From an uncultured Rhodobiaceae bacterium (GTDB taxonomy: Bacteria; Pseudomonadota; Alphaproteobacteria; Rhizobiales; TMED25), in the NCBI GenBank assembly GCA_913045225.1, contig CAJWPC010000005.1:44905-108904 (forward strand): DNA of 64,000 bases. The letters run 5' to 3'. The notes under the pieces were generated by a model. The model was not told where the DNA came from. It searched no databases and was given only the letters and a program-made list of their open reading frames with translations. Both the position numbers and the translations under genes were made by a program. This document shows positions 52,823-61,927 of this stretch, piece after piece (position 1 is the stretch's first letter; every line of letters begins with the position of its first letter).

Positions 52823-53921
52823 AATAACAGCAAAAGATAGATACGCTAGATGTGGCCACTTAAATCTTGCACATGGAACGGTTGAAACCCCGGTATTTAT
52901 GCCAGTTGGGACCCAAGGGACAGTAAAAGCTATTTCTGTGGATACACTAAAAAAGATTGGTTTCAATATCATACTTGGCAATACCTATCATCTTTATTTG
53001 AGACCAGGAACGGAAATTCTTGATAAATCTGGTGGCTTAAATAACTTTATGAATTGGGATAGACCAATTCTGACAGACTCTGGAGGATTTCAAATAATGT
53101 CACTTTCTAAGCTTATGAAAATTGACGGAGATGGTGTGAAATTTCAATCACACATAGACGGAAAAGAGTTTTATTTATCACCGGATATTTCAATGAAAGT
53201 ACAAGACTCAATTGGATCCGATATTCATATGGTACTTGATCAATGCATTGAATTCGATAGGGATATATCAAACATAAGAGATGCCATGAATTTATCTCTA
53301 AAATGGGCTGAAATGTCCAAAAAGTCCTTTTTTAAGAAGAAGGGAAGGATGCTTTTTGGAATAATCCAGGGTGGAACTGATCAACATTTGAGAGAACAAT
53401 CAGCCATCGAGACAATTAATATTGGTTTTGACGGTTATGCAATAGGGGGTCTCGCGGTTGGCGAAGGTCATGAATTGATGCTGAAGACGCTAGATTTTAC
53501 AATACCAAATTTACCAGATGAAAAGCCCAGATATCTAATGGGTGTTGGTACGCCTGTTGACCTTATTGAGTCTGTGAAGAGGGGTGTTGATATGTTTGAC
53601 TGCGTTATGCCCACAAGAGCGGGTCGCCATGGTCTCGCATATACAAAATTTGGCGCAATTAACTTGAGAAACGCAAAGTTCTCAGACGATATGACGCCGA
53701 TTGACGAAGAGTCTGATTGCCCTATTGCATCAGTGTACTCAAGGTCATACCTCCATCATTTAATTAAATCAAAAGAAATACTCGCGGCTATGCTTATTTC
53801 AGAAATAAATTTACATTACTATAACTCACTTATGATAGATCTGAGGTTCGCAATTAGAGATAACCGCTTGGATCTAAAAATTGAAGAAATTAAAAAAAAC
53901 TGGACAGGCCAGGATGTGTAA
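52815..53921 (+). CDS. tgt: Queuine tRNA-ribosyltransferase
   Basis: TPVFMPVGTQGTVK, NTYHL, TDSGGFQ, GGLAVGE, DMFDCVMPTR. Confidence 0.96.
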   Translation: MFKITAKDRYARCGHLNLAHGTVETPVFMPVGTQGTVKAISVDTLKKIGFNIILGNTYHLYLRPGTEILDKSGGLNNFMNWDRPILTDSGGFQIMSLSKLMKIDGDGVKFQSHIDGKEFYLSPDISMKVQDSIGSDIHMVLDQCIEFDRDISNIRDAMNLSLKWAEMSKKSFFKKKGRMLFGIIQGGTDQHLREQSAIETINIGFDGYAIGGLAVGEGHELMLKTLDFTIPNLPDEKPRYLMGVGTPVDLIESVKRGVDMFDCVMPTRAGRHGLAYTKFGAINLRNAKFSDDMTPIDEESDCPIASVYSRSYLHHLIKSKEILAAMLISEINLHYYNSLMIDLRFAIRDNRLDLKIEEIKKNWTGQDV

Positions 53922-54003
53922 CAAACTTGTTTTTTGTGTTTATAAATAAACATTAGTTTACAACACTTTAAACCTGCCATATAAAGTACTATATTTCAAT
54001 TGA

Positions 54004-54079
54004 GGGCCCTTAGCTCAGTCGGTAGAGCAGGTGACTTTTAATCACTGTGTCATAGGTTCGATTCCTATAGGGCCCGCCA
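54004..54079 (+). tRNA. tRNA-Lys (anticodon UUU)
   Basis: Acceptor GGGCCCT/AGGGCCC, D-arm GCTC/GAGC, anticodon arm GGTGA-CT-TTT-AA-TCACT, T-arm ATAGG-TTCGATT-CCTAT, encoded CCA; 76 nt. Confidence 0.96.
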
Positions 54080-54186
54080 TACCTAGCGACAGAAAAAATA
54101 AAAATATGTGTCATTGCTGGCAAACGTTTACAGTTAATGATATGTCAAAAAATCCAATAGTTTTTAATAGTAGATCAAAATATCTG

Positions 54187-54218
54187 TGCTATAATTATAT
54201 CTAGTTTTTAGGGAGGAT
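54187..54218 (+). promoter_or_regulatory. Extended -10 promoter and strong SD for the VOC operon
   Basis: TGCTATAAT at 54187-54195 (TGn-TATAAT); AGGGAGGA just before ATG 54221. Confidence 0.55.
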
Positions 54219-54220
54219 TT

Positions 54221-54748
54221 ATGGCTTTTGAAGGGGTTCATAGAGTTGGGCACGTAGGCATTTGGGTTAGTGATATAGAGAAATCACTAGAATGGTATAG
54301 GGATGTAGTGGGGCTCAAATTAACTGGTATTTGGGGTGAGCCATACAGGAAACACAGGATGTGTTTTGTTAGATGTGAAGACTGGCATCACGATATTGTC
54401 TTCTTTGAGATAGATAAAGAAAAAGATAGAAGTAAATTAGACCAATCCGATACCGGTAAGAGACATTCCCCGGGTGTTCATCATATTGCATTTGAAATAC
54501 CGGAAAGAGAAGATTGGTTAAATGCACTTGAGCACTGCAAAAAGAATAATATACCCTTTGTATCAGGCCCATATGTACATGGTCACGAGGCTAAATATGT
54601 TGAGGGAGATGATACACTAGGATTTGTTGGTGGAAGTGGGAGTCACGCATTTTATATTACTGATCCTGACGGAAATAGAATCGAGTTTTATACTTGGATG
54701 ATGAAGGTCACAAAAGAATGTATTGCAGCTCCAAACCCAGATCTTTAA
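54221..54748 (+). CDS. VOC/glyoxalase-family protein (extradiol dioxygenase-like half module)
   Basis: VGHVGIWVSD, WHHDI, GVHHIAF, YITDPDGNRIE. Confidence 0.85.
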   Translation: MAFEGVHRVGHVGIWVSDIEKSLEWYRDVVGLKLTGIWGEPYRKHRMCFVRCEDWHHDIVFFEIDKEKDRSKLDQSDTGKRHSPGVHHIAFEIPEREDWLNALEHCKKNNIPFVSGPYVHGHEAKYVEGDDTLGFVGGSGSHAFYITDPDGNRIEFYTWMMKVTKECIAAPNPDL

Positions 54749-55158
54749 TATCAATAGCTATTTTAGTTATTTTTATATTACAGACAAACCTTTTAAAAGC
54801 CCATGCTCACGCGATCTTTGAAATAAATAATGTATCAAGCAGCGATGGTTACGTTGTGCTACACCTCTATGAAAACAAAACTTCATTTAAAAAATTTAAC
54901 CCAGATCGAATTTATAAAAAAGTGGCGACAAAGGGTAAAACGATCATCCCAATCAATGACTATCACGAGGGTGATGTTGCCATTTTTGTATTTCATGACG
55001 AAAACAGTGATGAGGAGTTCAATACTTCAATTTTTTGGACGCCAAAAGAAGGTTACGCTTACAGTAATTCATATATCCCAACTAGTATTCCTAAATATGA
55101 GGAAGCTCTCTTTCGCCTTGAGCATGGAGTGGCGGTTAATCTAGAGCTGATTTATTAG
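54718..55158 (+). CDS. DUF2141-like secreted protein (start uncertain)
   Basis: Signal-like LISIAILVIFIL...AHA; AIFVFHDENSD, PKEGYAYSN, PKYEEALF. Confidence 0.72.
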   Translation: MYCSSKPRSLISIAILVIFILQTNLLKAHAHAIFEINNVSSSDGYVVLHLYENKTSFKKFNPDRIYKKVATKGKTIIPINDYHEGDVAIFVFHDENSDEEFNTSIFWTPKEGYAYSNSYIPTSIPKYEEALFRLEHGVAVNLELIY

Positions 55159-55159
55159 T

Positions 55160-56071
55160 ATGCTCGGTCTCGTATGTGCGGTTATGTCTGCAGTGGCTTT
55201 CGCTGCAAATGATACAGCCCTTAGGAGAGGCATATTATTTGCCTCTGTATATAAATCAATAATTATTACAGTTCCAATCGGCCTCCCCGTTTTTTTATTA
55301 GCAATCACATTAACAAACTCATGGTCCAGCTTTCTTGCTTTAGATCTTGCGCAATTTCTGTTTTTTGGATCCGCGGGTATTATTCATTTTATCTTTGGAA
55401 GATATTTTGGTTATAAAACAATTGAGTCTGTGGGTGCAACCCAGGCTGGTCCGATCGTTCAATTGGGCTTATTAATATCTGTTTTTTTTGCCTATCATTT
55501 GTTTGACGAAGAGATAACAAATATTCATATTATTGCTATTTTTTTAATTATTCTAGCACCGATGATAATACTTCTGGGTCACGAGGGAGATAAGTTAACA
55601 AGGTCTGGCATTGAGATGAAATATAAAGCCGGACTTTTCTGGGGCTTATCATGTGCTATTTGTTATGGAATTAGTCCCTTACTTGTGAAATCAGGTTTCT
55701 CTAATTATAGTCTTGAAATTACTATCCTTGCTGGCTTTATATCTTATATTTCAGCGATATTCTTTTTAATTCTTATGATGACTTTCACTAGAGTAAGAAT
55801 ACGAGATATTATTGAAATGGATAAGAGAGCATTAAAATGGTTCATTATTACTGGATTCATGGGATCTTCAGCTCAGCTTCTTAGATATATTGCTTTAGGA
55901 CTAATACCGATATCAATTGTTGAACCTATCCATCGAACTTCTGTTATTTTCAGAGTAATATTTGGATTTATAATCAATAGAAATCATGAGATCATCAATT
56001 TAAGGGTCCTATTAGGTGTTGCCTTATCAATCATTGGTATGTACTTATTAATACTGCAAATAGATTTCTAA
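55160..56071 (+). CDS. EamA/DMT family transporter
   Basis: About 10 hydrophobic segments in two repeated halves; AGIIHFIFGR. Confidence 0.82.
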   Translation: MLGLVCAVMSAVAFAANDTALRRGILFASVYKSIIITVPIGLPVFLLAITLTNSWSSFLALDLAQFLFFGSAGIIHFIFGRYFGYKTIESVGATQAGPIVQLGLLISVFFAYHLFDEEITNIHIIAIFLIILAPMIILLGHEGDKLTRSGIEMKYKAGLFWGLSCAICYGISPLLVKSGFSNYSLEITILAGFISYISAIFFLILMMTFTRVRIRDIIEMDKRALKWFIITGFMGSSAQLLRYIALGLIPISIVEPIHRTSVIFRVIFGFIINRNHEIINLRVLLGVALSIIGMYLLILQIDF

Positions 56072-56089
56072 AAAGGGAATGGAAGTTAT

Positions 56090-56995
56090 ATGTTGGGTAG
56101 TATTTTAGCACTTATATCAGCAATGATGTTTGCACTAAACACAACGGCACTTAGAAGAGGCGTCTTGACAGCACCGGTCCATCAAGCAATCGCAATTACT
56201 GTTCCCCTTGGTTTACCACTTTTTTTTATTATTCTTCTAATGTTTGATTGCTTTGATCTACTTAAAGATTTATCAATGAAATCAATTTTCTTCTTTTCAA
56301 TTGCGGGTATTATTCATCTTGTTATTGGTCGCTATTGTAATTATAAATCTACACAACTCCTTGGTGCAACACAATCTGGTCCAATAACACAGCTTGCGTT
56401 GCTAATTTCATTATTCTTTGCTCTCACCTTGCTTAATGAAGAATTAAATCTCTATCTATTTATCGGAATAGGCCTTATTTTTGGCGGTCCTACTATAATT
56501 TTTTTTGCAAGAAAAGATAACTCAAAAACTAAATCCGGCGTGGTAATGGACTATAAGAAAGGATATCTCTGGGGATTATTCTGCGCGTTAGCGTTTGGTT
56601 CAAGTCCTTTTTTTATTAAGCTAGGGCTTGATGATGGCGGTCTTAAAGAAAATATTGTTGGCGGTTTCATAGCCTATCTTTCAGCCTCACTTCTTGTGTT
56701 AATTTTAATCATAGCATCAGGATCTAAGTTTCGCAGCATCTACGATCTTCATAATAAGGGGGTGAAATGGTTCATCCTGACCGGATTTCTGGGTTTTCTA
56801 TCACATTTATTTAGATATATGGCGCTGGGAGTAGCACCAATTACAATTGTTGAGCCTATTCAAAGATCAACAATCATATTTCGCGTTATTTTTGGATGGT
56901 TGTTAAACAGACAACACGAAATAATAAATAAAACGGTATTATTCGGGATAATATTGTCTGTAGCAGGGGTATACTTAATTATATATCAAATATAA
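56090..56995 (+). CDS. EamA/DMT family transporter (paralog of the upstream gene)
   Basis: Collinear similarity to 55160..56071 (ALRRG, ITVP, AGIIH, GATQ-GPI, KWF, VEPI). Confidence 0.82.
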   Translation: MLGSILALISAMMFALNTTALRRGVLTAPVHQAIAITVPLGLPLFFIILLMFDCFDLLKDLSMKSIFFFSIAGIIHLVIGRYCNYKSTQLLGATQSGPITQLALLISLFFALTLLNEELNLYLFIGIGLIFGGPTIIFFARKDNSKTKSGVVMDYKKGYLWGLFCALAFGSSPFFIKLGLDDGGLKENIVGGFIAYLSASLLVLILIIASGSKFRSIYDLHNKGVKWFILTGFLGFLSHLFRYMALGVAPITIVEPIQRSTIIFRVIFGWLLNRQHEIINKTVLFGIILSVAGVYLIIYQI

Positions 56996-56999
56996 AAAG

Positions 57000-57158
57000 T
57001 TACTTCCAGAAATCTACATCTTCAGCTTTAAACTCAAGTGCTTGTGATGTGTCTTCTGCTGGATTTGCTTTGTCCTGTTGGTACATAAAATACCCACCGA
57101 TTCCCATTATTACCACTAGCACTAACATTAATAAATATTGATTTCTTGTATTCATCAT
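57000..57158 (-). CDS. Small 52-aa single-pass membrane protein: MMNTRNQYLLMLVLVVIMGIGGYFMYQQDKANPAEDTSQALEFKAEDVDFWK
   Basis: GGAG SD upstream; fills the gap between the EamA gene and the Mo-protein gene; one TM helix plus an acidic tail; not in the ORF track. Confidence 0.65.
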   Translation of the reverse strand: MMNTRNQYLLMLVLVVIMGIGGYFMYQQDKANPAEDTSQALEFKAEDVDFWK

Positions 57159-57238
57159 TTACTCCATAATAGATATTCTATATATATCAAACTTAGCCCA
57201 AAGATAAAGAAAATAAGTTAAAATTATGCAAATATAGC

Positions 57239-59599
57239 TTAATTTATAATTTCCCACATTTTCTCCGATGTTACGGGCATATTTAAATTTTTCCCATCCA
57301 CACCATTTGACTCTAGGGCATTTACAATAGCATTCATAATGGTCGGTAATGCACCGGATATCCCTGCTTCACCGCAACCTTTGATGCCAAGAGGATTTGT
57401 TTCACATGGAACTGGATGAGACTTAAAAACAAACTCTTTTGGAATGTCTAAGGCTTTTGGCATTGTATAATCCATGTAGGATCCAGATAATAGTTGACCA
57501 TAATCGTCATAGCACAGGTTTTCCATCATAATTTGCCCTTGTGCTTGTATTATTCCGCCTAGCACCTGACCTTCTACTAACAGCGGATTTATGAGATTAC
57601 CAAAATCATTAACAGCTGTGTGTTTTATAAGTTTGACGACACCAGTTTTTGGATTAATTTCAACTTCGGATATATGACAACCATTAGGGAATGAGCATGG
57701 TGGCGTATCCTCCGCAAGTTCACCATCAAGGCCTTGAGGAAGCGATCCTGGCAATTTCTGATCTTTTATAAGCTGCTTAATCTCTTTATTGAGTTCAAGA
57801 ATATTTATTTTGTGATTAGTATTTGGTATCTCAAAATTACCATTATTAAACTCAACACTTTCAAAATCCTCATCGAATAGGTGTGCCGCTAATTTTTTTC
57901 CATTAGAAATTACGATATTAGATGCTTTTAATAGTAGTGTGCCACCGCTGATAGCCGTCCTTGATCCTCCAGTTCCGGTACCGGCGATTAACTCTTTACT
58001 GTCGCCTTGAAGTAATTTGAAGTTCTCCATTGGGATACCTAATTTATCTGACATTATTTGCGCAAAAGATGTCAAGTGTCCTTGACCATAATCAAGATTA
58101 CCGCTTACAAGTGTGACTTCACCGTTATCTTCGAATCTTATCCTCCCCATTTCTTTTCCAGGAGGAGCAGTTACTTCTAAATAATAAGTGAGTGCACGAC
58201 CTCTATACAGTCCATTTTCTTTTGACTCCTGTTGCCTTTGGCTAAAGTTTGCCCAATCAGCTGTTTCGAGTGCATCTTGAAGTACACTGTGGAAGTCCCC
58301 GCTGTCATAATTTAAACCAGCAGCTGATTTATATGGGAATTGATCTTTCTTTATGAGATTGATTTTTCTGAGTTCTACCGGATCAATCATCATCTCAATC
58401 GCGGCTTTCTCAAGAAGTCTCTCCATAATATACACACCCTCAGGTCGTCCAGCGCCACGATAAGCACCAATTGGGGTTGTATTTGTGTAGACAGCTTTTG
58501 AGTTTACATACATTTTTGGTAAATCGTAGGCACCGCAGAAATTATTTTTTATATTCATTGATTGCGCCATGGGTCCCATTAGACCCATAAAAGCACCAGA
58601 GTTCGCAACGACTTGGATCTTAGCTGCTACCATTTTTTTGTTATCGTCAAACGCTATAGTTGCTTCAATCCATGAGTCTCTTCCATGAGTATCTGATAGA
58701 AATGAGTCGGTTCGAGTATCTTTCCATTTTATTGTTTTTCCAGTCTTCTTCGCTGCAACCAAGGATGCAATATATTCTGGGTACGGGCTTGACTTCATCC
58801 CAAATGAGCCACCGACACTTGGTGTATGGCAATGCATTTGATCTCTGTCAACATTAAAGATGTTGGCTAGGATGTTTGTAAAACCGAATAAACCTTGAGA
58901 TGGTGAATGTAAATCATAGCTATTTGTCTCACTATCAAAACTTGCCATACATGCTCGTGGTTCCATAGCTGATATAATTAGTCTACTGTTTCTCAGTTCA
59001 ATGGATGTTTTATATTTTGCTTTTTCGATCAAATCGTCAACTTCGCTTTCATCTCCATATTCCCAATCAAGAGCAATATTATCATTTAATGATGGATGAA
59101 TAGACGGGCTGTCACCTGCCATTGCATCACGTGGATCAACAATCACATCATACTCTTCAATTTCAAGTGATATTAATTCAGCTGCATCTTTTGCATTATT
59201 GAGAGTATCAGCGATCACGAATGCAATAGGTTGTCCCACATAATATACTTTATCTTTTGCAAGGGAAACTAGAGGAGGTACTTTTATTCCATTTCCATCT
59301 TTACCTTTGAGTTTATCCGCCGTTAGGCAGGGTATCGAACCAATTTTTTCTTGGTCCATATCTTTGTATGTTAGAATATCAATTACACCTGGTTGTGATT
59401 TGGCTTCGTCTATATCAATATCTATAATTTTTCCGTGTGCGTAGGGTGATCTAAAAACAAATGCTTCTAGTGTTTGACTTTCACTTTTTATGTCATCAGT
59501 GTAAGTTCCTTCACCACGAAGTAATTCAGGATCTTCAAACCTTGATACTGATTGCCCAACTGAGAATTTTGTAAAAGTTAAATCATTAAAATCATCCAT
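57239..59599 (-). CDS. Xanthine dehydrogenase-family molybdopterin-binding large subunit (CoxL-like, AYRGAGR type)
   Basis: VFRSPYAHG, SAMEPR, VGGSFGMK, AYRGAGRPE, GQGHLT, GIKGCGEAG. Confidence 0.9.
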   Translation of the reverse strand: MDDFNDLTFTKFSVGQSVSRFEDPELLRGEGTYTDDIKSESQTLEAFVFRSPYAHGKIIDIDIDEAKSQPGVIDILTYKDMDQEKIGSIPCLTADKLKGKDGNGIKVPPLVSLAKDKVYYVGQPIAFVIADTLNNAKDAAELISLEIEEYDVIVDPRDAMAGDSPSIHPSLNDNIALDWEYGDESEVDDLIEKAKYKTSIELRNSRLIISAMEPRACMASFDSETNSYDLHSPSQGLFGFTNILANIFNVDRDQMHCHTPSVGGSFGMKSSPYPEYIASLVAAKKTGKTIKWKDTRTDSFLSDTHGRDSWIEATIAFDDNKKMVAAKIQVVANSGAFMGLMGPMAQSMNIKNNFCGAYDLPKMYVNSKAVYTNTTPIGAYRGAGRPEGVYIMERLLEKAAIEMMIDPVELRKINLIKKDQFPYKSAAGLNYDSGDFHSVLQDALETADWANFSQRQQESKENGLYRGRALTYYLEVTAPPGKEMGRIRFEDNGEVTLVSGNLDYGQGHLTSFAQIMSDKLGIPMENFKLLQGDSKELIAGTGTGGSRTAISGGTLLLKASNIVISNGKKLAAHLFDEDFESVEFNNGNFEIPNTNHKINILELNKEIKQLIKDQKLPGSLPQGLDGELAEDTPPCSFPNGCHISEVEINPKTGVVKLIKHTAVNDFGNLINPLLVEGQVLGGIIQAQGQIMMENLCYDDYGQLLSGSYMDYTMPKALDIPKEFVFKSHPVPCETNPLGIKGCGEAGISGALPTIMNAIVNALESNGVDGKNLNMPVTSEKMWEIIN

Positions 59600-59613
59600 T
59601 ATTTATCTCCTTT

Positions 59614-61209
59614 TTAACCTAGTATCATGTCAGCAGCTTTTTCTGCTATCATTATAGTGGGTGCATTTGTATTTCCGGATACTAAGTTTGGCATAATAGA
59701 AGCATCAACAACTCTGAGAGATTCAATTCCATGTACTCGAAGCTCGTCGTCCACCACTGCCATTTCGTCACTACCCATTTTACATGTACCAACTGGATGA
59801 TAGCTAGTTCTGCAATATTGCTTAATATAATCTAATAATTCTTCATCGGTATTTAAAGTGCCACCTGGGTACTTTTCCTCAACAACATATTCTGCTAATT
59901 TTTTATTTTTAAAAATGCCTCTTATAATCTTAATTGATTCTAGAAGTTTTAATCTATCTCTCTCAACGCTGAGGTAATTTGGTGCAATTTCAGGGGGCTT
60001 TGTTGGATCGTTTGATGTAATTTTTACATAGCCTCTACTTTCAGGTCTTAGCAATGTACATACAACTGTCACGCCTGGATACTTATGAGGGGCGCCACCA
60101 GGGTCTGTGGACGAAAACATTAACACAAGACTCTGTATATCTGGTGTTTCTAATGAGTTATCAGTTTTAAAAAATCCACCAGCATAAGCAACACCCATAT
60201 GCAAAAGCCCTTTTCGATTAAATATATAGTCTAAACCTGCCGCAACTCTTACTGACGTTTTATGAAAGACATCATTCGCAGTGAATGGACGGTTTAATTG
60301 ATACATAATTGGAGCGTTAATATGGTCCTGTAAGTTCTCTCCGACACCGTTGAGCTCATGGACTACCTGAATATTGTGTTTATTTAATAATTCAGGGTTA
60401 CCGACTCCAGATAATTGTAAAAGTTGAGGTGAGTTAAAAGCGCCCAATGAGAGTAGTACTTCACTTTTTGCGTTTACTGTGAATTCCTTACCTTTTTTTG
60501 AGTAGGCTATCCCTACTGCTTTTTTTCCATCAAAAATTATTCTTGATGCTAGAGCATCTGTAATAATGGTCAGATTTTGTCTTCTTTTTGATTTTTCCAA
60601 GTAAGCTCGGGCAGTGCTCCACCTTCTTCCTTTAAATTGCGTCCATTGAAATGGACCAAATCCTTCTTGAGTTTCGCCATTAAAATCATTATTTCTTGGA
60701 AATCCCTCGTCAACAGCAGCATCTACATATGCATCTGCGAACGGATGTACGTCCCTGTGATCAGATACATGGAGTTCACCCTTCACGCCGTGATACGAGT
60801 CCTCTCCTCTTTCTTGTATTTCTGCTTTTTTGAAGTAGGGAAGGATGTCATCGTAAGACCAGCCCTTGTTACCGAGTTGCCGCCACACATCATAGTCTTG
60901 TTTTTGCCCTCTAATATAAATCATGCCATTAATTGAACTTGATCCACCTAGCACCTTTCCTCTTGGGGCAACAATACTTCTTTGCACCCAACCGTCATCA
61001 CTCTTAGTTTGATACATCCAATTGAGCTTTTTGTTCTTAAATAATTTAGCGTACCCAATTGGTACATGTATCCACGGGTTCCGATCTGGTGGGCCTGCCT
61101 CCAATAAGCATACTGAATTTTTTGGATTTTCAGACAATCTTGCAGCAAGCACACATCCAGCACTTCCTGCACCTACAATGACGTATGAAAAGCTCTGATT
61201 ATCTGACAT
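59614..61209 (-). CDS. GMC-family FAD oxidoreductase (choline/alcohol dehydrogenase-like)
   Basis: IVGAGSAGCVLAARL, RGKVLGGSSSINGM, GENLQDH, YHPVGTC, SGNTNAPTIMIAEK. Confidence 0.92.
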   Translation of the reverse strand: MSDNQSFSYVIVGAGSAGCVLAARLSENPKNSVCLLEAGPPDRNPWIHVPIGYAKLFKNKKLNWMYQTKSDDGWVQRSIVAPRGKVLGGSSSINGMIYIRGQKQDYDVWRQLGNKGWSYDDILPYFKKAEIQERGEDSYHGVKGELHVSDHRDVHPFADAYVDAAVDEGFPRNNDFNGETQEGFGPFQWTQFKGRRWSTARAYLEKSKRRQNLTIITDALASRIIFDGKKAVGIAYSKKGKEFTVNAKSEVLLSLGAFNSPQLLQLSGVGNPELLNKHNIQVVHELNGVGENLQDHINAPIMYQLNRPFTANDVFHKTSVRVAAGLDYIFNRKGLLHMGVAYAGGFFKTDNSLETPDIQSLVLMFSSTDPGGAPHKYPGVTVVCTLLRPESRGYVKITSNDPTKPPEIAPNYLSVERDRLKLLESIKIIRGIFKNKKLAEYVVEEKYPGGTLNTDEELLDYIKQYCRTSYHPVGTCKMGSDEMAVVDDELRVHGIESLRVVDASIMPNLVSGNTNAPTIMIAEKAADMILG

Positions 61210-61315
61210 AAATATTTCCTAAAATTATTTTATTCAATTAAAAAAATATATTATATTTTTCAAAAAAATGTAATAGTAATTATTTAAATTGATAACATTT
61301 GAATAGGTTTTAAAG

Positions 61316-61909
61316 ATGCCGATTAATAAACCCGCAGACGCAAAATATAAATTAAATACTTTAATCAAAAATAGATGGAGTCCCCGTGCCTTTGAAAATA
61401 AGAGCGTTGATAACGAAATTTTAAATTCATTATTCGAAGCCGCGCGATGGGCGGCGTCCTGCAATAATTCGCAACCATGGAGATTTATTGTTGCCAAAAA
61501 AGAGAACCCAAAAGAATATGCAAAGGCACTTTCATGTTTTAATGAAAATAATCAAAAATGGGCATCTACTGCACCTGTTATTGGTTTTGTTGGTGCTTAT
61601 CAATTAATGCTGGGTGATAAAAAAAGTCGAACATATTTTTATGATACAGGTATGGCAATGTCACAATTTACGCTTCAAGCGCTCGAGCATAATTTATATA
61701 TACATCAGGCCGGTGGGGTTTTGCTAGATGAAATAAAGATACAATATGAGGTACCTGATGACGTGGATATTATCTGTGGTTTTGCTCTAGGATATCAGGG
61801 TGAGGCAGATATCTTACCGGAACCTTATAATGAACGAGAATTACAAGAACGAGTTCGAAACCCAATTGAAGATTTTGTATTCACAAATTCTTTTAATAAA
61901 GATAAATAA
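61316..61909 (+). CDS. Nitroreductase family protein
   Basis: RWSPRAF, EAARWAASCNNSQPWRF, ALGY. Confidence 0.9.
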   Translation: MPINKPADAKYKLNTLIKNRWSPRAFENKSVDNEILNSLFEAARWAASCNNSQPWRFIVAKKENPKEYAKALSCFNENNQKWASTAPVIGFVGAYQLMLGDKKSRTYFYDTGMAMSQFTLQALEHNLYIHQAGGVLLDEIKIQYEVPDDVDIICGFALGYQGEADILPEPYNERELQERVRNPIEDFVFTNSFNKDK

Positions 61910-61927
61910 CACGAAGAAGGTAACGAA

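Noticed and set aside
54117-54135. TGGCA...TTAC resembling a sigma54 promoter
   Set aside because: No GC dinucleotide at the -12 position with correct spacing
57239-59599. Calling the Mo protein a true aerobic CO dehydrogenase
   Set aside because: Lacks the form I AYXCSFR motif and has no adjacent coxS/coxM or accessory genes
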